DNA of 64,000 nucleotides from an uncultured Dehalococcoidales bacterium (GTDB taxonomy: Bacteria > Chloroflexota > Dehalococcoidia > GIF9 > UBA5629). Made by a program: the position numbers and the translations under genes. This document shows, piece by piece, positions 8,631-17,373 of this stretch. Location: assembly GCA_964400675.1 (NCBI GenBank), contig CAYNVO010000003.1:42576-106575 (forward strand), in the 5' to 3' direction. Position 1 is the stretch's first letter; every line of letters starts with the position of its first letter. Under the pieces are notes generated by a model, which ran no database searches, was not told the DNA's origin, and was given only the letters and a program-made list of their open reading frames with translations.

Positions 8631-9947
8631 TCAATGATAGCTGGCCAACTTAGAATCCAATGTTCTTTTTATACGTGTCTCTACAAATTCTTTCGTAAGC
8701 ATTTCATCGTAGCGAAAGTAGACCATGGTAACAGCGTTTTCAGAGCAAAGGCTTGCTTTCAATTTGTCACGTTCCTGTGTTTGTTGAAAACCATCCTCGC
8801 CACCAAAAAATGGGATAGGGTCATAATGTTGGCGTCCCTGATATTCAATTGCCAACCGGAGTTCAGGTACAAAGATGTCTAGTCGTTGTCTACCTAACCA
8901 TTCTGGACTTGCTTGATGGACAATTTCATTCTTGGGAAAAATGTCCTTCACCATATTCAGCAGTTCCCTTTCAGATACCCAGCCCTCGCCAATGTGCGGA
9001 ATGCCCAGTAGGTCACGTATTTCATTTTCGGCTTCATGCTCGTCGATATTTTTCTCGATGGCTATTCGTTTAATGTAAGGGCCATAGTGAACCTTCACAT
9101 TACTACCATACATCGGGTGGCAATAGAAAAGTTCAGAGGGAATATCACGGCAAAGATGGCAAATACCGCTTCGGAACTTAGATTTCTGATATGAAGCTAT
9201 AAACTTGTGAGCCCAACCGCTTTCTGCATAAGGATTTTTCTCCTCAACTGCTTTCAAATAGTGCTTCTCCAAGGCTGTTCTGAAACATTCGCAGAAATAA
9301 GACTTGCCACAAACCTTACATATGAACCTGATAATCCGGTCATCTATATATGCCGCCAGGTAATCAGGGTGACATTGACACGACGGAACAAGGTCATCGC
9401 CGATAGAAGTAAGAACTTCAACAGGAAGTCCTATATGTCCCCAATACCCCATGCGAATTATGTAACGGGAAACCGTTTTTAGATGCTTGCTCTTAACCTC
9501 GAGTGGTTTCGGGCAAATCAAATTAACGGGCTTCTCTAAGTGAATTACAGGAGAATCGTTATGCCTAACTATAATCGTGAACTCAAACCATCCCAATTCA
9601 ACCACCGATTGCCTGGGTAAATCCTTTAGGAACCAGGGAAGATGAATTATTGAAGGTTGAGGTGGATACCTGTATCTCGATGGCAGATGTGAATCCGGCG
9701 ACCCTATTAGCATATATTCGCGACTTAGAGACAAGCCTTTGGCAAACCGCGAAGGGCCAGGGTTGAAGCCTATTTTGAAACGAAGTATCTCTCCAGAAGC
9801 GACAAAATTCCTAAGTTGCTTGTCAAATTGCTCAACAACAAGTTGAATAATGAGTTCGGGTAAACTCCGCATTGGTGAACTTAGAATCTTGTCCTTCAAC
9901 CCACATCGAAACAGGTCAAAATCTATGTCCAGCCGGAGAGTAAACAC
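8631..9947 (-). CDS. Cys-rich (zinc-finger-like) protein with a C-terminal DUF559/Vsr-like endonuclease domain. N-terminal ~170 aa are unassigned.
   Basis: C-terminal RLDIFVPELRLAIEYQGRQH...QTQERDKLKASLCSENAVTMVYFRYDE fits the DUF559 pattern 'D..P..L.IE.DG.QH....RD..L...G..V.R'. Central Cys clusters CQCHPD, CKVCGKSYFCEC, CHLC. 231-bp gap to the SIR2-like gene on the same strand. Confidence 0.45.
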   Translation of the reverse strand: MFTLRLDIDFDLFRCGLKDKILSSPMRSLPELIIQLVVEQFDKQLRNFVASGEILRFKIGFNPGPSRFAKGLSLSREYMLIGSPDSHLPSRYRYPPQPSIIHLPWFLKDLPRQSVVELGWFEFTIIVRHNDSPVIHLEKPVNLICPKPLEVKSKHLKTVSRYIIRMGYWGHIGLPVEVLTSIGDDLVPSCQCHPDYLAAYIDDRIIRFICKVCGKSYFCECFRTALEKHYLKAVEEKNPYAESGWAHKFIASYQKSKFRSGICHLCRDIPSELFYCHPMYGSNVKVHYGPYIKRIAIEKNIDEHEAENEIRDLLGIPHIGEGWVSERELLNMVKDIFPKNEIVHQASPEWLGRQRLDIFVPELRLAIEYQGRQHYDPIPFFGGEDGFQQTQERDKLKASLCSENAVTMVYFRYDEMLTKEFVETRIKRTLDSKLASYH

Positions 9948-10109
9948 TTGCTTATTCGCCCAATCTTTTAGAAACTTTAGGCTAATCGGTTGGCACTGTC
10001 AAACGTACTTTTTCTCAGAACCAAAGAGCCTTATTTGCTATCACTACACTTTTTTCAAATACGCAGGTAACGATTCATCGTTTTGTTACCCTTCGCCCGG
10101 GGCAATGTC

Positions 10110-10652
10110 CTAAATCTGTCCTTTTACCTGGACCGGCAGGCAGGCGACCATGAGATAAACTTCGGTGGCGTGGCTGGCGAGTAGCTGGTTGGCTTTGCCC
10201 AGCAGGTCGCGGTAGATGCGGCCGAGCTTAGTTTCAGGTACCAGTCCCATGCCGACCTCGTTGGAAACGATGACGAAGCTGGCATCGAGCCTGTCCATGA
10301 CGGCGATAAGCTGGTTTATTTCAGAAAGCACCCTTTTTTCAGCTTCCGGGTAGTCAGGCTCGTCATGTAGCAGGTTGGAGATGAGCAGGGTGAGGCAGTC
10401 TATGATTACCAACCCGGCATCGCCGATTCCTTTCTCTATTCCTCTGCCGATGCCTGTTGATAGCTCCAGAGTGTGCCAGTTTTGGGGACGGTCTTTTTTG
10501 TGTTCGGCAATGCGAGCCTGCATTTCTTCATCGAGCGCCTCGCCGGTGGCGACGAAGAGGACTTTGTTGCTGAGCTCTTTAGCCAGTTGCTGGGCATAAT
10601 GGCTTTTGCCGCTGCGGGCGCCGCCGAGTAGAAGGATGATTTGTTTAGCCAT
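10110..10652 (-). CDS. cobU: Adenosylcobinamide kinase / adenosylcobinamide-phosphate guanylyltransferase.
   Basis: P-loop GGARSGKS and the VSNEVGMG...NQ CobU family motifs. 180 aa. Confidence 0.85.
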   Translation of the reverse strand: MAKQIILLLGGARSGKSHYAQQLAKELSNKVLFVATGEALDEEMQARIAEHKKDRPQNWHTLELSTGIGRGIEKGIGDAGLVIIDCLTLLISNLLHDEPDYPEAEKRVLSEINQLIAVMDRLDASFVIVSNEVGMGLVPETKLGRIYRDLLGKANQLLASHATEVYLMVACLPVQVKGQI

Positions 10653-10682
10653 TGTTGTGCTCCGAAATAGCGTTCATTTGTT

Positions 10683-11489
10683 TTACTGTGGTTGAGATTC
10701 TTCGCTGCGCTCAGAATGACAGGACGGGAAGATCTCAGAATGACAGGGCAAGAAGTGCTCAGAGTGATGGAGATTTGGATTCTTCGGTCGCTTTGCTCTC
10801 TCAGAATGACAGGAGGGGTTGCCAAGGCTGTACTCCTGTATATCTAATGTCCAGTGGTTGTCCCTGGATATGGGAACAGATTTACCTATTTTTACGGGCT
10901 TCTTGAACGCCGGTCCGTCATATACAAAAGTGTGGAACTCTCCGGCTTCGCCGCAGACGTCGATTTTTGATTTCGCCGCCAGCGCTTTAAGCTCGGAAGC
11001 CAGTTTGCCATCCACCTGCCTGCCCAGCCATTCCTTGCCGAAGAACTCGGTTTTTACGCTGACAACAATGGCTTTGAATCCAGCATCGATGAAGTCGGTC
11101 AGAAGACGGGCGCTGGCCATCCCCCACAGGGGCAGTATTGCCTTCACTCCTGATTCGCCACAGACCCGGTCTATCCAGTCCTTGTGTTCCTGCAGATATA
11201 TATCGCCGGTTATCAAGCCAGTTATGCCTTTGAGCTTAAGCTCGGCTAATGCTTCTTTGAACCCGGCTTCGTAGGTCTCCCAGGTGACTTTTTGCTGAAG
11301 TATGGGCAGAGCCATAGCCTGTGCCTGTAGAGCTATGAGTTTGCGGTCCAAGCCGTGAGACATAGCTCTGGTTGAGTCCGTGTTTATAAAGTTGAGCAGA
11401 TGGCTGACCTTTAAGCCCTGGGAAATCGCTTTCCAGCAGGCAAAGCAACTGTCCTTGCCACCGCTCCATGAAGCTGCATATTCAGTCAT
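10683..11489 (-). CDS. PP-loop ATPase of the MJ0570/Dph6 (ATP_bind_4, diphthine-ammonia-ligase-like) family. C-terminal ~40 aa are read through the repeat array.
   Basis: SWSGGKDS PP-loop at the N-terminus. CGEAGEFHTFVYDGP matches the Dph6-family 'GEgGEyHT.V.DgP' block. The C-terminal tail (CHSE repeats) is translated from the tandem repeat, so the real stop may differ. Confidence 0.6.
   Translation of the reverse strand: MTEYAASWSGGKDSCFACWKAISQGLKVSHLLNFINTDSTRAMSHGLDRKLIALQAQAMALPILQQKVTWETYEAGFKEALAELKLKGITGLITGDIYLQEHKDWIDRVCGESGVKAILPLWGMASARLLTDFIDAGFKAIVVSVKTEFFGKEWLGRQVDGKLASELKALAAKSKIDVCGEAGEFHTFVYDGPAFKKPVKIGKSVPISRDNHWTLDIQEYSLGNPSCHSERAKRPKNPNLHHSEHFLPCHSEIFPSCHSERSEESQPQ
10693..10816. 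repeat. Degenerate tandem array of about four copies of the CCTGTCATTCTGAG-containing unit (minus-strand reading), related to the element at 50.1 kb.
   Basis: Minus strand reads CCTGTCATTCTGAGAGAGCAAAGCGACCGAAGAATCCAAATCTC / CCATCACTCTGAGCACTTCTTG / CCCTGTCATTCTGAGATCTTCCCGT / CCTGTCATTCTGAGCGCAGCGAAGAATCTCA. It overlaps the 3' end of ORF 10683..11489. Confidence 0.6.
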
Positions 11490-12217
11490 TGAAACCTCCC
11501 AATCAAGATGAGTAGTAGAAGCACCAGAACCTCGGCTATCTCGTTGATGGCTCCGTAGTTATCGCCGGTAAGCCCGCCCAGACGGGAACGGAAGTAGCTG
11601 GCTATGCCGAATGCAACAAGCCACAGGGCTGCCATGAGCACCAGACCCCACAGCTTCAGCAGGGCTACGGCGACAATCAAAGCTATGACGGTGGCTATGG
11701 TCAGTCTCTGCCAGGTGGCACCCCGTTTGAAGGCAAGTCCCATGCCGGAGTGTTTGGCATAGGGGAAGGTGAAGATGATGGAGACCATCACCCAGCGGCT
11801 CAAAGTGGGCATGAGCAGCAGGGCTGGCAATATCGGCGCTGCGGAGAGGGAGACATATTTGAGCAGCAGCAGGAGAATGGCGCCGACGATGCCGAAGGCG
11901 CCGACTTTGCTGTCCGACATTATGTCCATCCGTTCCTTTTTGGACTTGCCGGCGATAACGCCGTCGCAGGTGTCGATGAAGCCATCGAGATGGTGGGCGC
12001 CGGTCAGTATGACCAGAGTTATGATGAGCAGTGCGTTTACCACGGAAGAGGGCAGGATAAAACTCAAGCCATAGTAAAGGCCAAGCAGGACGACGCCGAG
12101 AATCAAGCCGACCAGCGGGAAATAGGTCAGTGATTGGCCCGAGGTCTTAGCTGTGGCCTTGTGCCGTAGTGGTGTGGGGAATATGGTCAAGAATTGGATT
12201 GCTTCCCAGAAACCCAA
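11486..12217 (-). CDS. cobS: Adenosylcobinamide-GDP ribazoletransferase (cobalamin synthase), membrane protein.
   Basis: Polytopic membrane protein of 243 aa with CobS-like N-terminus (MGFWEAIQFLTIFP) and HLDGFIDTCDG. Confidence 0.85.
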   Translation of the reverse strand: MGFWEAIQFLTIFPTPLRHKATAKTSGQSLTYFPLVGLILGVVLLGLYYGLSFILPSSVVNALLIITLVILTGAHHLDGFIDTCDGVIAGKSKKERMDIMSDSKVGAFGIVGAILLLLLKYVSLSAAPILPALLLMPTLSRWVMVSIIFTFPYAKHSGMGLAFKRGATWQRLTIATVIALIVAVALLKLWGLVLMAALWLVAFGIASYFRSRLGGLTGDNYGAINEIAEVLVLLLLILIGRFQ

Positions 12218-12228
12218 ATTTATTCTCC

Positions 12229-13302
12229 TTATTGTGGTTCGAGCGGTCTGGCTTCGGAGACGCCGGCCTGAGCAAATGTAGCCATCTGGCTCAGAGTTCT
12301 GACGGAGGCTTCAGCCAGTGAGATGCCCAGGACAGCGCCGGTGCCTTCGCCAAGTCGCATATTAAGATTTAGCAATGGTTTCAGTCCCAGAAACTGTAGC
12401 AGCAGCTCATGTCCTGCCTCTGCCGAGAGATGGGCGGAGATGAGGTAATCTCTGGCTTGTGGTGATAAGCCGATGGCGATGAGGGCGGCAGTCCCGGAGA
12501 TGAAGCCGTCGATGACCACAGGGATTCTGTAGGCAGCGCCGGCAAGCATAACTCCAACCAGCCCGCCGATTTCGAAGCCGCCGACCTTGGACAAGATGTC
12601 TATCGGGTCCTTGGGATTAGGCTTGTTAATCGATAGGGCTCTTTCTATGACCTTGATTTTATGGGCGAGCTGTTTATCGCCGATGCCGGTGCCCCGGCCG
12701 GTGATTTTCCTGGGCTGTTTGCCGCTGATGGCGGCGAAGATGGCGCTGCTGGCGGTGGTATTGCCGATGCCCATATCTCCAGCGCCGATGATATCGACTC
12801 TCTTAGCCATCTCGGCTTCGACCGTCTGGATGCCGGCTTCTATGGCGTCAATGGCTTGCTGGCGTGTCATCGCCGGTCCCTGTGTTATGTTCTGGGTGCC
12901 GAAGTCTATCATTTTACATAATAACCCGGGCAGCGGTTGGAAGCCGCCTTTGACTCCCATATCTACTATTATAACCCGGGCGCCTATCTGTTCGGCCATG
13001 ACATTTATGGCGGCACCGCCTTTGAGGAAGTTGAGGACCATCTGGCGGGTTACTTCCTGAGGATAGAGGCTGACCGTTTCGGCAGCGACGCCGTGGTCAG
13101 CAGCCATGATGATTATGGACTTATGTTCCAATTTAGGTGTGGCTTCGCCCTTGATTCCGGCAATTTGAATCGACAGCTCTTCCAACCTGCCCAGGCTGCC
13201 GTGCGGCTTGGTCAGACTGTTCTGGCGGCTCTGCGCAGCTGCCATCGCTGAGCTATCCAGCGGCTTGATTTCTTTAAGTATTGTGTCTAAGGAAGTGGTC
13301 AT
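12229..13302 (-). CDS. cobT: Nicotinate-nucleotide--dimethylbenzimidazole phosphoribosyltransferase.
   Basis: 357 aa. CobT-like blocks (GAGDMGIGNTT, IDGFISGTAAL, HLSAEAGH). Confidence 0.85.
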   Translation of the reverse strand: MTTSLDTILKEIKPLDSSAMAAAQSRQNSLTKPHGSLGRLEELSIQIAGIKGEATPKLEHKSIIIMAADHGVAAETVSLYPQEVTRQMVLNFLKGGAAINVMAEQIGARVIIVDMGVKGGFQPLPGLLCKMIDFGTQNITQGPAMTRQQAIDAIEAGIQTVEAEMAKRVDIIGAGDMGIGNTTASSAIFAAISGKQPRKITGRGTGIGDKQLAHKIKVIERALSINKPNPKDPIDILSKVGGFEIGGLVGVMLAGAAYRIPVVIDGFISGTAALIAIGLSPQARDYLISAHLSAEAGHELLLQFLGLKPLLNLNMRLGEGTGAVLGISLAEASVRTLSQMATFAQAGVSEARPLEPQ

Positions 13303-13321
13303 TGTTTAAGCTCCTTGCCTG

Positions 13322-13846
13322 TTAATATTCGATGCCGCGCCTGGCATCTGTACCCTCGGTGAGGGGATGTTTAATCATGAGCATTTCGGTGACTAAATCA
13401 GCCCGCTGTATTATCTCCGGTGGCGCCTTCCGACCGGTCAGAACCAGTTCAACTGAGGCAGGCTTTGAATCAAGTATGTCCAGCACCTGCTTGACGGTTA
13501 TCAAGCCCTGGCTGATGGCGATAAAAATCTCGTCGAGTATGACCATGTCATACTTCCCGCTGAGTATCTCTTGCTCGGCGTAGGCTAATGTTTGATGAGC
13601 CTCCTGGCTTGATTGCTCCTTGGATTTTTTAAAGCTATCGCCGACGCTTATCTGGACTATCTCGAAGGGGTTGTACTGCTTTACGAAGAAATGCTCGCCG
13701 CAGGGTAGCCCTTTTAAGAACTGGATGAAGGTCACCTTCATACCCTGTCCCGCGGCTCTCATCGCCAGACCTAGAGCGGCAGTGGTCTTGCCTTTACCGT
13801 CGCCGGTGTAAACATGGACAAGACCTTTGGAGTTTTTTTCAACCAT
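13322..13846 (-). CDS. cobO: Cob(I)yrinic acid a,c-diamide / corrinoid adenosyltransferase (BtuR/CobO/CobP family).
   Basis: VHVYTGDGKGKTTAALGLAMRA and DEI..AI motifs, typical of PF02572. 174 aa. Confidence 0.8.
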   Translation of the reverse strand: MVEKNSKGLVHVYTGDGKGKTTAALGLAMRAAGQGMKVTFIQFLKGLPCGEHFFVKQYNPFEIVQISVGDSFKKSKEQSSQEAHQTLAYAEQEILSGKYDMVILDEIFIAISQGLITVKQVLDILDSKPASVELVLTGRKAPPEIIQRADLVTEMLMIKHPLTEGTDARRGIEY

Positions 13847-15356
13847 GATTCCTCCCCAGAGCGATTTTATAGACCTGTGACATATCGAGGTTGCTCCTGA
13901 TTATATCGGCTAGTTTATCATATATTTCCTGTTTGTTTATCGATACTGTTGGGGCTTCGGGCAATCTCCTGAGCTGTCGCAGCCTGCTCAGAAGTCGGCG
14001 TGTGAATTCGCCATTGTGAAATAAGCCGTGGATGTAGGTGCCAAATATAAGTCCGTTGCTGCCGACAATGCCATCGAAGTAATCGACTTTACCCTGTGGC
14101 GTTTCGAAGACCTGGAGTATCGGCTGGCAGCGCTGGCTTCTGGTCTGCCCCATATGAATCTCGTAGCCAGTGACCTCCATGCCTTTAAGCCCTTTCAGCA
14201 AGCCTTTGTCGGCATAAACACGGGCTTTAACCTGTGTGGTCGTTTTGTCATTGTGAAAGATGGTTGTGCTATTGAGCAAGCCAAGCCCATTGATGCTGTC
14301 GTGCCTGGATTCGACTTTATCAGGGTCATGTATGCTTTTACCCAGCATCTGGTAGCCGCCGCAAATACCTATTACCGGGATGCCTGACTGTGCCAGGTGG
14401 ACAATAGCCTGTGCCAGCCCTTGTTGTTGCAATTTAATTAAATCGGCGATGGTGCTTTTGGTTCCGGGCAGAATGAGCAGGTCTGGACTGCCCAACTCAG
14501 GTACAGTGCTCACATAGCGGACGGCACAGCCCTGCTCTTCAAGCGGGTCGAAATCGTCGTAGTTGGAGATATGGGGCAGGCGTATAACAGCCACATCGAC
14601 AGTGCCGTTAGCCGAGTCTGTTTGTCTTTCGTCGAGATAGACCGAGTCCTCTTGAGCGATACCCATGTCGCGAAAATAGGGAATGACTCCCAGAACAGGT
14701 TTGCCGGTGCGTTTCTCCAGGATATCCAGCCCTGGCTTCAGCAGTTGGAGGTCACCGCGAAATTTGTTGATGATGAAGCCTTTGATAAGGTCGCGCTCTT
14801 GGCTGGTCAGCAGTTCCAGCGTGCCGATGATTGAAGCGAAAACGCCGCCGCGGTCAATATCGCCTACCAGCAGAACGGGAGCATTTACCATTCCGGCTAT
14901 TCTCATATTGACTATTTCTCTGTCTTTGAGGTTTATTTCTGCCGGGCTGCCAGCTCCTTCAATAACCACGATATCATAGGTAGACAGTAGATGACCTAGA
15001 GAGTTCTTGATTATCTTCAGCAGGTTGGGGGTATAGCTGTAATATTGACTGGCCTCCATGTTTTTAGCCACTTTCCCTAAAACGATTACCTGTGAGCGGT
15101 TATCGGCTTCGGGTTTAAGCAGCACAGGATTCATATGGACGGAAGGCTCGATGCCGGCTGCCTCAGCCTGTACTGCCTGAGCACGTCCGATTTCACCGCC
15201 TTCCCTGGTAACGAAGGAATTTAAAGCCATGTTCTGTGCTTTGAACGGGGCGACTTTGAGGCCGTCTTGCCGGAAAATTCGGCATAATCCGGCTGTGATT
15301 ACGCTCTTACCTGCAGATGAAGCTGTGCCCTGTATCATCAGGGTTTTAGCCGGCAT
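13839..15356 (-). CDS. cobQ: Cobyric acid synthase.
   Basis: 505 aa. N-terminal MIQGTASSAGKS (CobQ/CbiP ATP-binding domain). C-terminal GATase1-like domain with GICGGYQMLG. Confidence 0.9.
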   Translation of the reverse strand: MPAKTLMIQGTASSAGKSVITAGLCRIFRQDGLKVAPFKAQNMALNSFVTREGGEIGRAQAVQAEAAGIEPSVHMNPVLLKPEADNRSQVIVLGKVAKNMEASQYYSYTPNLLKIIKNSLGHLLSTYDIVVIEGAGSPAEINLKDREIVNMRIAGMVNAPVLLVGDIDRGGVFASIIGTLELLTSQERDLIKGFIINKFRGDLQLLKPGLDILEKRTGKPVLGVIPYFRDMGIAQEDSVYLDERQTDSANGTVDVAVIRLPHISNYDDFDPLEEQGCAVRYVSTVPELGSPDLLILPGTKSTIADLIKLQQQGLAQAIVHLAQSGIPVIGICGGYQMLGKSIHDPDKVESRHDSINGLGLLNSTTIFHNDKTTTQVKARVYADKGLLKGLKGMEVTGYEIHMGQTRSQRCQPILQVFETPQGKVDYFDGIVGSNGLIFGTYIHGLFHNGEFTRRLLSRLRQLRRLPEAPTVSINKQEIYDKLADIIRSNLDMSQVYKIALGRNHG

Positions 15357-16443
15357 GGCTTATGACTCCAATTTCTTTTACAGCCTCGATTAGCTTCTGG
15401 CATTCGGGCAGGGTGCGTGGTGCCAGGCGTATGTACTGGGGCAAACCGAAAGAGGTACAGTCACGAACTAATATGCCTTTCTTTAATATGGCTTGCCTGA
15501 AGGCTGTGGCATTGCCGACTCTGACCAGGAAGAAATTGGTCTGCGATGGTAGCGGCGATAGTCCAATGCCCTCCAGTTCTTTTATCAGGAAATCTTTGGC
15601 TGCACGGATGTTGTTATGACACTCCTCAAGATAATTATCAGCATTTAAGGCAAAGACGCCGGCTTCCTGTGCCGGGGCATTGACGTTCCATGGCGGGCGG
15701 ACACGTTTCAGAACGGAAATGATTGGCTCGGCGGCTATAGCGTAGCCGAGGCGCAGTCCGGCCAGGGCATAGTCCTTGGTCATTGAACGGAGGATAATTA
15801 AATTATTATGGTCTATTAAATCCAGAGATGTCCAGGCGTTCTGGGTGAAGGCGATGTAGGCTTCATCGAGTATGACCAGGCTGTCCTGCGTACTTGACAT
15901 AATCTGTATAAATTTTCCTTTGGACATGTATTGCCCGGTAGGGTTATTGGGGTTACACAGAAAAACGGCTTTAGGTCGGTGCTTCTGGAGTAAGTTTGCA
16001 AATTCCTTTATATCCGGCTGGAAATTCGGCTCCTTGAGGACTGGCTGTTTCAATACGCAGGCATTGGCGAGGTGGCAGGCAGTTTCGTATTCACCATAGG
16101 TCGGTTGCGGAATAAGGACTAAGTCATCGGAGTCCAGGTAGGCAGTAGTTACAAGCCTGATTAGCTCGGTGGAACCGCTGCCTATGATTAGCCTGTCTTG
16201 AGATATATTTAGCTTTTGAGCCAGCAACTGCTTTAATTCACCGGCTTCGGTGTCAGGATAGCATGCTATCGATGTATCGGCTAAAGCTTCTTTTATGCCG
16301 GGTGGTGGCCCGAATGGATTACAGCTAACGCTGAAGTCGAGCACGGTCTCTGATGAGATACCAAGCCTGGCTAACTCTTCATGGTCTATGCCGCCGTGAA
16401 CGCAGGGTGAGATCTTATTTATAGCTGGTCTAGGTAACAACAA
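15346..16443 (-). CDS. cobD: L-threonine-O-3-phosphate decarboxylase (class I/II aminotransferase fold).
   Basis: 365 aa PLP-aminotransferase-like protein (SMTKDYALAGLRLGY lysine region) inside the cobalamin operon. Assignment to CobD over HisC rests on context. Confidence 0.7.
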   Translation of the reverse strand: MLLPRPAINKISPCVHGGIDHEELARLGISSETVLDFSVSCNPFGPPPGIKEALADTSIACYPDTEAGELKQLLAQKLNISQDRLIIGSGSTELIRLVTTAYLDSDDLVLIPQPTYGEYETACHLANACVLKQPVLKEPNFQPDIKEFANLLQKHRPKAVFLCNPNNPTGQYMSKGKFIQIMSSTQDSLVILDEAYIAFTQNAWTSLDLIDHNNLIILRSMTKDYALAGLRLGYAIAAEPIISVLKRVRPPWNVNAPAQEAGVFALNADNYLEECHNNIRAAKDFLIKELEGIGLSPLPSQTNFFLVRVGNATAFRQAILKKGILVRDCTSFGLPQYIRLAPRTLPECQKLIEAVKEIGVISHAG

Positions 16444-17359
16444 AATATATCACCTCGGCAAAGATAGATATCAGGCACCAGATAATGGCTGTTACAAAAA
16501 TGATTTGTCGAGAAGCGTTAATCGTGTCAAGTGATAGCGGGTACTGGTTATCACCAAGTCGGTAATTGTCGATTTTTTCCAGTTGTATTCCCAGGGCACC
16601 GGCGATGGCGCTCATCGTCCAGCCGGCGTTGGGACTTTCTGTTTTTTTGTGGTCGCGAATCATGATGTGCCAGGCTTGCGAGGCATTTTTTCGGCATATA
16701 AGAGAAGCCACCACTATTATCAGGGAGGCAATCCGTGCCGGGATGAAATTAACGATATCGTCCAGTCTAGCGGCAAACTTGCCCAGATATTCCCATTGCC
16801 CATGGTACCCCACCATAGAATCGAAGGTGTTTATTACACGGTAACCTATGGCTCCGGGCACGCCGAAGAGGAAAAAGTAAAATAGAGGGGCTACAAAACT
16901 ATCGCATATATTTTCGGCTGCTGATTCTACTGTGGCTGATATAACCTGCTTCTTGTCGAGTTTGGTAGTGTCACGGCTGACCAGAGATTGCAAGCGCAGG
17001 CGTGCCTGGTCCAAATTATTTTTAGCTATAAGCTTTTTAACTGTGTCAATGGCTTGCCTGAGTCCGCGTAAGGAAAAACTGAATTTCAGCAAGAACCCGG
17101 CGATAATGACGTAAACTATGAGATTAAACTCACTCAGGAGGGATAGCAGAAAGTAAATGGCGGTGACAGTCAGCCCAAGCGTTATTAAAACCATGCCGAT
17201 GCCGTAGGTAAGCTGCCGGGCCCTGTCTTTTTTTGGAGCCAGCTTTGTCTCCAGAGAAATTAGTTTGCCCATCCAGGCTATGGGATGCCAGGTGTTTGAT
17301 GGCTCACCAAGGATAAGGTCAAGGGCAAGAGCTATGAGCAGGATTATTACTATTTCCAT
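16430..17359 (-). CDS. cbiB: Adenosylcobinamide-phosphate synthase (CbiB/CobD membrane protein).
   Basis: 309 aa polytopic protein. N-terminal LDLILGEPSNTWHPIAWMGKLI is the CbiB signature. Confidence 0.85.
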   Translation of the reverse strand: MEIVIILLIALALDLILGEPSNTWHPIAWMGKLISLETKLAPKKDRARQLTYGIGMVLITLGLTVTAIYFLLSLLSEFNLIVYVIIAGFLLKFSFSLRGLRQAIDTVKKLIAKNNLDQARLRLQSLVSRDTTKLDKKQVISATVESAAENICDSFVAPLFYFFLFGVPGAIGYRVINTFDSMVGYHGQWEYLGKFAARLDDIVNFIPARIASLIIVVASLICRKNASQAWHIMIRDHKKTESPNAGWTMSAIAGALGIQLEKIDNYRLGDNQYPLSLDTINASRQIIFVTAIIWCLISIFAEVIYFVVT

Positions 17360-17373
17360 GATTTTTCAAGCAC

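Noticed and set aside
9948-10109. Third copy of the adh-flanking 23-bp repeat at the other side of the SIR2/nuclease module
   Set aside because: Only a weak 10/19 resemblance (TTCGCCCGGGGCAATGTCC). Not enough to claim that the module is bounded by direct repeats.
10693-10816. Possible CRISPR array
   Set aside because: The repeats are degenerate, unequal in length and lack regular unique spacers. No cas genes are in the window.
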